A DNA stretch of 61,200 nt, the filler included, from Sphacelaria rigidula (Eukaryota), in the NCBI GenBank assembly GCA_964200075.2. It is 8 parts of 8 records of this genome, joined end to end, with 100 filler letters (N's around TTAATTAATTAA, not from the genome) between each part and the next. Parts side by side here need not be neighbours in the genome. Positions count along the whole stretch, not along the records: positions 30,653 to 38,214 come from CAXNAA020014323.1; positions 38,315 to 45,876 come from CAXNAA020014324.1; positions 45,977 to 53,538 come from CAXNAA020014325.1; 5 more parts are not named here. The stretch is one strand, 5' to 3'. Positions within the stretch are counted from its first letter, which is position 1; each line of letters begins with the position of its first letter. Made by a program: the position numbers and the translations under genes. The notes below the pieces were generated by a model, which searched no databases, was not told where the DNA came from, and worked only from the letters and a program-made list of their open reading frames with translations. Of the stretch, positions 37,947-49,440 are shown piece by piece.

Positions 37947-40900
37947 GCAAACGAAGTCACTGATATTCTCACACACGGCCTTTCGGCTGCCCCTAAAAAT
38001 ACCCTGTTCCGGCCAACTTTTGAGCATCCAGAGGAATTAAGCGCCTCCAGAGGGTGCGCGGCCCCCAGAAGGGTGGGGTCAAACGCCTCGAGAGGCTTGT
38101 TTGCCTCTGGAGGGTCGCGCATCCCTCCGGAGGAATTTGAAGGATAACAGCGGATCCTAATTTTTGGGGTTGAAACAAAAAAATGAGGTTGAAGTCGCAT
38201 TTCTCTATTGCAGGNNNNNNNNNNNNNNNNNNNNNNNNNNNNNNNNNNNNNNNNNNNNTTAATTAATTAANNNNNNNNNNNNNNNNNNNNNNNNNNNNNN
38301 NNNNNNNNNNNNNNTTTGTTCTGGCCGATGTCGCCAATATGAGGCGCTTCATGCAGCCTGAACGAACATCAAGCGCTGTACGGCCATCTTTTTCGTGACA
38401 CTTTTAGCTGGTTTTGGGGGGAGGCTATCGTAGAAAGTGTCAACCCTAGTCTAAAATTGAAGCCCAGATCTGGACACGGATTCAAAAATGCGCCACTTGA
38501 TCCACCGCCGTTGCCTTCGTTCATCATATTTTGCGGATGGTAATGAGGGTGCACGGCACGCACACTCACAGCGCACGGCGCACGGCGCACAGCTCATACA
38601 CACATGCACAGACGGGTCACTACGAGCTAGCGGTAAAACAACCACAGTAATATAGCTCGGAGACCGCCGCTGAACCAATCGCACACGCTTGGCAAGCAGC
38701 CAACCCAGCTACTGTAGCGTGCACATATTGATACATACCCCAGACAGACAGTAGAGTACGGTGGTGCACTACCGCACAGCATTGTTCCCCAATAGGGTAT
38801 CTTTGTACGATAGGGCACGCACAGTACGGCGGTACAGCCAGTCATGCCCAGCAGGTGCCGTGAACGCAAGGAAGTTCAAGCGTCATCACAGATGGTGTGC
38901 TGGTGTCGCCATCGAACGGGCATTCGAGGCTATTTCCCCCCACTGTCGTATGTTCGTCAACCATGTAAGATTGATGCCGGGATAGCCCCCCCCAAACCAG
39001 CCCCAAAACTATCACGAATTAAACGGTCATACAACGCATGACAGCTGGTTTTAGGGTGTGCAAAATTTCGTCGAAAACGGCTGAAAATTGAGCTCGGGAA
39101 TTGCGCCCGCCTCTCGAAATCCGGTTCCCAAGTGGCGATGGAACCTCAGCCGGAAGTTCGCCTTTGACTTGTCTCCTACTACAATCGGCTCGGAGATCTC
39201 TGCAAACTGCTCGTTGGTTCGCACACTACTACCAGACGCCTTGGCGCGCTACGTGCCTGGTCTGCGTGCGATCTTGGATACTGCGCGCCCAGTGCGACAT
39301 ATGTTATTGCACGATCGCAGCTTGTGCGGCACCACGCGGCACAAAACTGACTGTAACCGAAAATCCAATTTCAGCCGTTTTCTTTCGGCTAATTCCGCCG
39401 CACATGGTACCCTCAAATCTCTACACTTTCACACTTGACTACGGTTTGGTATTTCGTTTGATGAGACCTTCTCGGGTCGCAGTGCTACATGGGTTTGAAG
39501 ACGCGCGCTGATTCGCCGATTACCACGATGTGTATTAGTAGGCATAACTCGCGATACATCATCAGTTAGAACGGGCTGAAGGAAAGTGAGCTTCTTACGC
39601 GGACCAACCTGTAATATGAGGCAAGATAACGGTGCGGGTCGATCAGCGTGCCATTTCGACGGAGTACGCTTCCACTCTCGGGGCAGGGCTCAAACATCTC
39701 GAGGGTGTGATGATCTCGCACGCGAGTCTTTTCCTTTCTGTCCAGCTGCTACAACTTTTTTCTCATCATACAACACTTTCTCAAGCCTCGTTCAAATCTT
39801 TGACATTCGACTCGACATCGTTCGTCACACTTTTTTATTCGGTATCATTGCAGTGCGTCTTTACTGGATTATAGAGTACATGTCTTTTGCTCAGGCCTCT
39901 TTGCTCGCATTTCACCGGATATAAGGGTATTTGTATTCCGCGCTGTCCTGCGGCGGCCTGAAGGCGCCATGGCATTGCGATGTGTTCCGTTTACTTTCCT
40001 GTGTGCACATCTCAGCAGTCCCTTCGGCCGTCGGGGGTACCGTCATCGATTTCGACCGCTCATCACTTGTAGAATCGACATCATTTTTACTTGGGAAATT
40101 GAATCTTCATCCGGTTAATTTAATCATCAGAAAACACCAGACAACAAAATCGTGCGACCCCTCTCCATAAAACACAGTCTACCTCTCAGGGCAGGGTTGG
40201 CACACCTCAAGCGTGTTTTGATCTTGCATGCATGTCTCATCGTCTCAACTGTGCTTCCTTTCTTCCCGTATCTGCACTGCTGCAGCAGCTGCAGCTACTA
40301 CTTTTACGGCACCCTGCGACTTGTGTTCACGACTGGCCGGATGCAACGGTTTCACTTCTTTTTCGAATATGAATCAGCAATATCTCAACGGGTGCGGAGT
40401 CTTGAATTGAATGCGTGTGCTGTGCGCGCGTCTCACACAAATCATCGTTTCTAATTGAACTCTGACCAGATTTGTGCAAAGTCACGCAGCAAATGCTCAG
40501 CTAATAAGCAGCTACGGCTATTTTTCAAACTGTGTCATATACCATTACACATCGCACATAACTACCACCGGTGCTCAATTATCTTGGCTGTCGATCAACT
40601 GAGTGTGGCGGCCAAAGGCGTGAAACCCTTGTGTGTGTTGTGTGTATATATATATATATATATATGTATGCATTCACACCCAGGAGAAGCGGCCCATCTG
40701 CTGTGCCGGAGGGTACTCGTACCGCTAACTTTACAATAATACAGCATACGGACTAATGCGCGGAAATAATACAAATAATAGAAGTAATAATAATTATTAT
40801 TATTATTGTAATTATTATTATTATAATAATAACAATAATGAACCTACATGATACAGCACATGACGCTCTACCTACTTACCTGAAAGCCCTGCCTATCGTC

Positions 40901-40975
40901 TTAGGTGCATATATTCATATATCCGGATCTTTTAGGCCAACGAAAGCAACCCCACTCCGAACCCTAACCACGACC

Positions 40976-41302
40976 TCAACGAAGGCAGGCTGTAAACTCT
41001 CCGGCGATGAGAGGTCCCGCCTCCATTACACTGGCAACTCGCTGCGGTATGGTACACACCTCTTCCTCTTGTCCCTCAGGGGCAGGTGGTAAGCTGAACG
41101 TCCCAAGCCAAGTGCAGCCGTCGCTGCGCACCAGACCCTGAACCGAGTCGTTGTCTTCAGTGTTGCCTAATGCAAGGAACTGACCCTGTGTATTGTTGTC
41201 ATCATCATCTACCCCGTTCACTTTTTCAGCTCCGTCTTCCTCCATAGGATCCAGCTTGGCGTCCCGATCGGCGATCCCCACGGCTCGTCGGATTGCCGCC
41301 GC
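40976..41302 (-). CDS. Possible exon of unknown protein
   Basis: CCTGCAG acceptor in phase with an open, acidic frame (AAAIRRAVG..GLVRSDGCTWLGTF..); no partner exons identified. Confidence 0.28.
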   Translation of the reverse strand, partial: AAAIRRAVGIADRDAKLDPMEEDGAEKVNGVDDDDNNTQGQFLALGNTEDNDSVQGLVRSDGCTWLGTFSLPPAPEGQEEEVCTIPQRVASVMEAGPLIAGEFTACLR

Positions 41303-41768
41303 CTGCAGGCGATTCGGGTTTGTTGCGTCATGCATGTAAGCAAGCAGGTGTGCGCATGTGAAGTATGTGTGAGGCGTGCTTGTTTGTGCTTACAAAAAAA
41401 CGCATGGCACGGTGGATTTCATGCGCTGATGCCTGTTTGTCTTGTACCATCACGCTCAGTGGGTGCAACACTGCTCACTATGTCGTTACCATCGATCGTT
41501 GGACTCCTTTGAGGGCGTTATGTACCCGTAGTATTTTGACAACATTATCTATACCGGCAGCTCGGTGCAGCCGATATGCCAGCATTCATTTATTTGACTA
41601 ATTTGTCACACGTTCATCATCACGATATATGGACGATTGTGCCCTCTTTGAGGCCCAGGCGAGGTCGCAAACCCGACCATATTTCGGGGAGTTTTACATC
41701 GGATAATAAAGAAAATAGCGCGTTCTATAGCCAGTTCCGAGAAAACTGGCGATAGCGTTGCTAACCAC

Positions 41769-41823
41769 CGATACAATACAATACGATGCGATGCGATGCG
41801 ATACGATGCGATACGATGCGATA
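41769..41823. repeat. Pentanucleotide microsatellite (CGATG/CGATA/CAATA)
   Basis: Directly visible. Confidence 0.85.
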
Positions 41824-43506
41824 TATGTTGTTGCTTCCATTTGATTTGCAAGTTTGATTGTCGCACATTAACTGATCGCCAAGGAGGACCCAGCCATGGC
41901 CACATGATGGACGCACCCAAGGTAATTTTTTCTTTTCTTGTCGCACTATGAACGTATCCCCTTTCTTGGGACGAGTCCGTGGTCTCAAGCGATCAACCCA
42001 TCCCTCCCCGGTAGACGCCTTGCACTTTGGTCTCGCGGATCGGGTCAGCACTCCGGCACCGCGTCAAATCACGTCAAACAAACTCAGTCAGCTACTTTAA
42101 ACACATTGGAAACGCCTCGTTAGCAAGAAAAATGGAAAGAACAAAAAATGTAGAGCACACGGAGTGAAACTGATCAACACAAAATTACTACCCGCCGCGC
42201 CCCGGCGGTGTAATGAACCGACTGTCGCCATTAGGGTGGAGAGAACGAGGGTTCGATTCCCCATGCGTTGGGGTTTCTTCTTCGTAGTATCTGATTTCCA
42301 TCGTGGAAAGCGTGAGGACGTGAGTAGACAAATTATCAAATTATTGAGTGCGTATTGCAGAAAGCATTTGCTGATGACACAAGTTTGGGTCTTTTGCGTG
42401 AACCAACCTGTAAGAAAAAAATAAGAGTGGAATGGGCACCGTTACCGCCTACTTTTCCTTCCACTCTGACTCTAAGATGGGGAAAAACGCTTGACGAAAC
42501 TCTCTAGTAATACTATTACCTTGTAAATGGCGACATGACTAAAAATGACCGGCCTCTGCAGGATAAGTTCGGGTGAAACAGGTCTTGGGCGAAAAAAAGA
42601 CGTATCGATAATATCGGTACCATGTGGTAACGATGAGCAAGCCCTAGTATTTTTGCTTCCATACATGAATAATTATCCCGCGCACTGACTGTTGTCTAAA
42701 GTCTGAGAATAAACGTCGACGGTCGATGGACCAAGGAAGGCTGTTTATCCTGCAGATGAATGGGCTAGGGGCTGCCTTGCGTGAAAAAAAACAATGCCTA
42801 GCGGGAAAAAGCGGTCATAATGCTTTTGTTCGTCGTTATCACCTGTTTTCAGTCTAAATGAATCTCACACAGCAAAAAAATGGAGATGGATGCTACAAAC
42901 AACGGCGAATTTCACCCCCTCACGACAACCTTATTATTATATTGAAAACGATATACACGGGTAGGCGCCACAACAAGCTCGATAGCCCGCGAATGTAGCT
43001 CTCACTCAGATGGTTGCTTGTGTGTGGTCATTTTTTTGCGTCAAATCGGCCGTGAAATTAAGGAGCGCTGTCTGTTTTCGGACAACTGCGTCAAGTCAAA
43101 CTGGCGGATTAGATGGCAAAACGAAGCAACGAACCACGGTGAGGACGAATCATCACGACTAGGAATCACCAAATCCACGATTTCTTCGGCCTGACTGCCC
43201 ACAAGGGAGAAAAAAGTTGATCGCTGGTCCAAGGGGTATCGACGCAACTTTTCGCCATTCCACGTGTCTGGGCTGCGTGTATCTGGGTTGCAACGCTGAA
43301 AACAAAGCCTAAGGATTGATTCGTACGAGTCGAATCAATTATACGAAAATCAAGTGATTTCAAGACGAATCATTATTTGTCCGACCCTTGCAACAAACAC
43401 TGGGGCATGTTCCTGTTGTTCGCCTACTATCGCACAAACATCACTGAAAAAAACATGGCGCCATACTGCGGTAGACTGTGGCTGGCTCTGAAGTGCCAGG
43501 CGTCTA

Positions 43507-44312
43507 CGAGCTGGGCCAGCTTGGGGGCAAATTTGTAGTTTACGGGCCCATTCGCCGGCCAACATTCAGAGTTGGACCCTAAAACATGGTTCGGACAATG
43601 AGTAGGGCATTATACAAAAAAAATACGATACTTCCTCTGTTGCCATAAGTCAAGGTCCTTATGGGCGTTAAATCGTTTGGGTATTTCAACGTTGACGATC
43701 ATCCTATGGTTGGGTTCGTTAGAGAGGGGTGAAGCACAGACAAAGCTGATGGGAAAAAAAAAAAAATGTTTTTGTCACTAAAGCTATGTCGAAATATACC
43801 CCATTTCGACCCTTTTTGATCCGTTCATACCCCATCATTGACTGATTCTGGACGTTTTCACGTCGAGCACTAGCAATTACATGTAACCAAAATGTTGGAT
43901 GGAGCGTGCGTAGGCTAACATCGCGGACATGTCGAAAATCAACGTGTGGTTCCGCGTTTTTCATATTTTTCTGGCCCATTTTTCGCGATTTTTCGTGTCC
44001 CCGGGTCCCTCATGCTTTCCTGGGAAAACGAGCGAAAAATGGTCGTTTTTGGACCGACCTACTTTTCCTCGGCCGCGCGGCTGCATGGGTCAAGCACCCA
44101 CGTTGCAGAACGAATGTTGGTTTTATCTCAAAAAGCGCCGACGAATGCAATAAAAATATCGAAAATCAAATGTCACACCGTCAAGGGTCCGTGCAATCAT
44201 AAGGACCTTTACTTATGGCACAAAGGAAGTATACGGATCACGGCCCGACTCATCTGTGTCGATGAGATATTGCTTCGAGAGCTTAAATCTGTTTCCAAGC
44301 TGGTCCAGCTCG
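43507..44312 (-). mobile_element. CGAGCTGGGCCAGC-family MITE interrupted by a nested element
   Basis: Left part matches the reverse complement of the 56908 end; right part matches the reverse complement of the 35917 start. Confidence 0.7.
43631..44229. mobile_element. Stowaway-like MITE (599 bp), TA TSD
   Basis: TA-CTTCCTCTGTTGCCATAAGTCAAGGTCCTTATG ... CATAAGGACCTTTACTTATGGCACAAAGGAAG-TA. Confidence 0.8.
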
Positions 44313-45977
44313 TGGCGTTGAGTGTGTGTGGATGGCGGGAGCACGTCTCGACAGGTTGAGCACAAGTTTCCAATGATTGCGCATTACAACCATGTGACAA
44401 ATCAAGGACTTTCTCCTGATTGGCATGTGATAGTTTGCATTTTTTTGGCATTCCGGTCGCGCGCAAAAAAATGAAAATAATTTGATGAAGCCATGTAGGA
44501 GCTAAAAGAGATACGGACATATCACACAACGTCTTTTTTATATCTCGCCGCATAATCTCGCAGCCCACTTCTGGATCTAAAACAGCTCTTCATCCCTTCG
44601 ACCAGTAGAGTTCCCCTCAGCAACATATAGATATAGATATAGGTATGGAAGATAATTATGGTTCTAGTGCAGATGATCATGCTGAGGTTTGTACAGGGCT
44701 CACGCAATGACTCACCCAGCGTATGCAGCAGGCTTCTTGGGTCAAATTAGCGCCCAAAGGTTATATGAGCCAAAACAGCGCACGCTTTGCCGCGGACACT
44801 GTTTATATCCCCTTTGCTCGGGAGTACGCGGTCTGCCTGTTATTGGGGTTCGGTTAGGTTCACCGTTTTACTATATATTTTCGCCGGTTCCCGAAAAACC
44901 TGCCTCTATTTGATCGTCAGGGCGGGTGGTCTTGAGACCCTATTATTACTTGAAAAATGACTGAGGACCGACGTGATCCTTCCTGGCGGTCAAAGGGCTC
45001 TACTATGATATACAAAAGAGGATTTTGATCTAGATTAGCTATCTTCGTGGTTTTGCCTATCAAATATGCTACCTTTGACCACAAGCACAGCTGTAAGGAC
45101 GCAACAGCCGCTACCCTCACTCGCCTACCGCGCGTCAACACAGTAACAGCGGCAAGAGAAAATGCTGCGAGGCACGCAGGATTATACAGGAGACACCAGA
45201 CGGACGTGATTGCAAGCGTCTAGACAGACGATATACTAGCAAACGGTCGACAACCGACCGGGACAGCCTTTCGCAATCAGCTCAACCCAACTACAACAAC
45301 AGTCAGTAAACATACTTCACTACAGTTATGCCCGTGAATAAAGGCCCTAGCGACCAGAGATCCGTGGTCAGCAAACAATAAAAAGAAACGCGGAAGAATA
45401 GTGAGGAATAATGAAGACGTCATGGACCGGTCGGACCCGTGTCTGATCTCTGCCAAACCTTCACCGAACAGAACACACACTCCGTATCAAGTTACCTCGG
45501 TTCAGTATGCGACAGCTGTAATTTTTTCATCGCGTTTTTCTCGAGACATGAAGCAAACCGGCCTGCGGCACTTCACAGCCCCCCGCACACACCCACTACA
45601 CCTAGTCAGTGCGGCTGCAGAGTTGCTCAATTCGCCGCAGCGGATCCGAAAAAGCCCCGGAATGCTGAACGACACGCATTTTCAGTACATTTTGTGTCGG
45701 GCAGTGGCCTAGAAAAGGTATACCTTCTCGTTTTCTGCTCAAGAAAGCGACGAAAAATGGCCAGAAACGCGAAAACAGCACAATACGCCACTCAGACCGT
45801 CTTCACGCACATCAGTCGGGGAGGGCTCTTGGTACCCGGGCCTCGAAAAACAAACGGGAACAAAACATGTTACTCGNNNNNNNNNNNNNNNNNNNNNNNN
45901 NNNNNNNNNNNNNNNNNNNNTTAATTAATTAANNNNNNNNNNNNNNNNNNNNNNNNNNNNNNNNNNNNNNNNNNNNA

Positions 45978-46044
45978 TTGCTCCGGGAATCGAACCCTCC
46001 TACTCAACCATCAGAAGGTTACGAGGTTACCAACTGCGCCACCT
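45978..46044 (-). mobile_element. tRNA-like SINE head (family 1)
   Basis: GGTGGCGCAGTTGGTAACC..GGTTCGATTCCC on the minus strand, similar to the head at 3945-4011; cut by the contig end. Confidence 0.6.
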
Positions 46045-48184
46045 TAATTTGGGTACGATCTCTAATATTCTTCCCCGATTCGAGCTGGATTGAGTATGAT
46101 CACAGTACCCTACCCGAACGTTTGGGTACTGAGAATACGACATTTTTTAAATACCCCAGTATCGGGTGTACTCTATCCGATACGTCCTTGGGAACATTGA
46201 GGTCGGCGCGCGATGCTCCACTTTCAAAGTACAAAATGTCTGCTGTTTTTTCACACTTGGCGTTCGCTTCGTCAGACAGTACGCGTCGGGTGCTGCAGAC
46301 GGCCCGATGTTGATGATTCATAAATGGAGGACATTGTATCCCCACTTGAGTTGCACTGCAAGCCTGTGATAGTGCACAAACGTTGCTTGGCAACTCGCGG
46401 CCATATCGTTCAGGAACTCACCGGCGCGCATCTCCTCCCTGTCGCGAGTATCGGCTGATTCAGGACAGCTCAGTCTTGTTCCTTTTCAGGAATATGGAGG
46501 CGGTATTTCCTGGGATCAGGCGTCCAAACGCAGCGCACCTGACGTCCAATGATGCCGAAACTTGACGTATGTGAGGCCTCGAGTAGGTGTTGACGCAAGA
46601 GTACCTTCGACCTAACGCGTTTGGTGCGCTACGCGGCTTGAAAGGATGATTCTACACGACTACCTCACTCCTTTCCATTTTCTAACGTCAAAACCTTCGC
46701 GGAGGGACCGGCAGATCTTGCCAGCGAAGTCGTTGAACTCGTCCCGCTTATGGATCGATATGTGCAGTGACACAGGTAACAAGCACCATCCAGACTTGGT
46801 GATCTGTTTGAGGTTGCTGCCGTTTGGGTTTTTGCGCCGTCTCGCGCAAGGCGTCGCCGTACATCCGAGTCGAAGACAATGGTATCTTTTCCCAGGGCCG
46901 CTGTGAAGATATTCGGGAATGGGGTCAACGTCCCCTTACAGAGAGTACCACAACCTGTCTGCAGGTCATCAAGACAGACTGACCACGACGGGGCCGGTTA
47001 CTTTTCCCTTTTCTTCCATCATAGTCAACCCGCGATATTTGTAGACGCGGGTCGCACGTGATTATCTTGAGCTCCTCCAACACGCACTTCATCGACCCTT
47101 TGCGGAATTTTCAGTCGTTTCAAGTGCTCTCAGAATGAGACAGGGAGCAATTTGCAATTTTCCACACCCTGGACGATCTATTATATTGTAAAAAAATATA
47201 CTGCGTACAGTATGGAATCTATTGTCTATTGCAATAGGCGCAATAGTCGATGCTGTACGCAGTACACTTTTTGACTGTGTATGCATTTATTTGTCCAGGT
47301 CGTGCAATTTTCATGGATAGATCACGGATATTCCAGCCCTGCCGAGGCGTGGTTGGCGTCATACAGTCAGTACGGTCCGATGGCACACCTCCAACTTTTG
47401 TCCTGCATATCTCTACCAACATGCGACTCGTGCTTCAAGCGAACCCTCCCTCCGGAGTGAAATTAATCCTTCGCTGTCGGGGCGCCTCAGCCGTGGACGT
47501 CGTGTTGTTCCCTTTCCATTCTGATGCGGACACCTCGCTTCCAAGGACGTAGGCCCCTGTAGAATCAACAAATTTCACGCGGCGAAGCATCACCGTCGCG
47601 AATGTGACCTGCGTGTAACAGGTTTCATCTTAGAGAATCGGCTCGATAGTATCGGAAAGGGAAAAACATTGAACCGTAGCATTCGAACTGAAGGCGACCT
47701 CGGCGAAATTTCTCCGGACCTGGCCGACGAGGGAGGCTGAAACTGCACAGGTTTAGATGGACCTCGCCTCGGTGAAATGGAGTGCACGCTCCCTCCTCTA
47801 CTCCGGGTAGCCGCAGCGAAACTCATTGAGCTGCAAGAAAACATATGCGGTTGGTCGCAGTACTGCTGTTTGTTGCATCACAACATGTATCACTGCAATG
47901 ATCATGGATGACACCTTAGCAGGGGCACGTCGGGTCTGCATGCAGCACTCATATTGTGAAGCCGCCGTAAGTTTTTTCGGGATCGAATGGGTCATCGGTG
48001 CACTTTCATGTCACAAGAACGAAGCGATCATTTATTTATTTTTTACCGATGCACGAAGGTGCAATCACCCCGACTCCCATGGCATTCGGTGACTGTTCAT
48101 TTTCAGGCGCGTGTGCCTGCGTCCACCGGCGAAACCCTGTGACACGTAAGCCCTCCCAATTGCTGCTCCCTCTTGAACCCTCAG

Positions 48185-48712
48185 GTGTTGGCAGTTCTCG
48201 AGGTACTGGGGAGAGGCACCTTCTTCGACGACGTAGCTAAACAGTCGCACATGAGCATCGCAACGGCGCACAGTGTGTTCCACCGTTTCTGCCGCGAATT
48301 CACTCTTGCCATGTTCGACCAGTGGATAGCGCTTCCGACTGGGGACGACCTGGCGAAGGTGATGCAGGTGTACGATGACCTGGGCTTCCCTGGCGCGATG
48401 GGCTCGTGCGACGTGACCCACCTTGCGTGGGGATGCGCGCCCCATTCGCACCCGAGAAGCAGCACAGGCAAGGCGGAGTTCCCCACCCTCGCGTACCAGG
48501 CGATCGTCACACACAGCGGGAAAGTCGTCGGGGTCACCAAGGGTTTTCCCGGGTCAAAGCGTGACAAAGCTATCATCCGATACGACCGCAACGTGCAAAG
48601 GATTCGAGAGAGCGCCGTTTACACCAACGTTTCGTACAACCTGAGAAATGAGGACGACGCAGAAGTCGAGCACACAGGGGCGTACCTCATCGCTGATGGG
48701 GGCTATCACAAG
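48185..48712 (+). CDS. PIF/Harbinger (PHIS) transposase, exon with first two catalytic Asp
   Basis: VLAVLEVLGRG..FHRFC..GFPGAMGSCDVTH..GFPGSKRDK..YLIADGGYHK; AAG|GTGAGA donor at 48713; 5' boundary uncertain. Confidence 0.92.
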
Positions 48713-48996
48713 GTGAGATGCATTTTCTTTTTTGGTACCGCCTTCTTCTCATGGTTGTTGTGTGCTGCTCGGTGTTGAGTGATTCAGCTGTAGACTGTAC
48801 GAATGCATGTTGTCACTTGTATGCGCTTGCTTCGTCGAGTCGCCCCTGTGTAAAGGAAGCTGGCCTGTTCGGGCACACTCCTTCCTGCATATGGATGAGC
48901 CACGTGCTGCATGTTCAACGGATGAAGAATTAAAAACCACACGTGTTCCACGTTATTTATACGTACTCCATTCGTGATCCGCTGGACGTGCATTAG

Positions 48997-49440
48997 TGGA
49001 AGTCGCTGATGAGCCCGACAAAGGCGCCGCTAGAACAAGACGAGATCGAATGGTGCACGATGCTGGCCGGCGTTCACAAGGACGTGGAGTGCTTCTTCGG
49101 TAATTTGAAGGGCCGGTTCAGGATCCTCAAACTCCCAATCATGTACCACAAGCGCGAGGACATCGACAACATGTTCTTCACGTGCTGCATCTTACATAAT
49201 ATGCTGCATACGTACGACGGGTTAGATGTTCTGGAGGCCAACGTAGACTGGGCGGGGGTAGACGGGAGGCACAATCCTTGGGAACGCAACCCTATGGAAG
49301 ACGCTGGTAACCTATGCTTTCTGGAGGCGCCGGGGGAAAAGGTGGAGGTCGAGGCCGAACACGCGAAGTTAAAGAGGAACCTGATCACGCACTTCGCGTA
49401 CCGCGCTCGGCACGAGACCCTGCACTCGTTGAAGTTGTAG
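48997..49440 (+). CDS. PIF/Harbinger transposase, last exon with catalytic Glu
   Basis: TTAG acceptor at 48996 gives the in-frame join GYHK|WKSLMSP; HKDVECFFGNLKGRFRILK..TCCILHNML; TAG stop. Confidence 0.92.
   Translation, partial: WKSLMSPTKAPLEQDEIEWCTMLAGVHKDVECFFGNLKGRFRILKLPIMYHKREDIDNMFFTCCILHNMLHTYDGLDVLEANVDWAGVDGRHNPWERNPMEDAGNLCFLEAPGEKVEVEAEHAKLKRNLITHFAYRARHETLHSLKL

Noticed and set aside
48146-48184. 39-nt GTAAG..CAG intron in the Harbinger gene
   Set aside because: Splicing it places an in-frame TGA just upstream; a frameshift or a more distant donor is more plausible.
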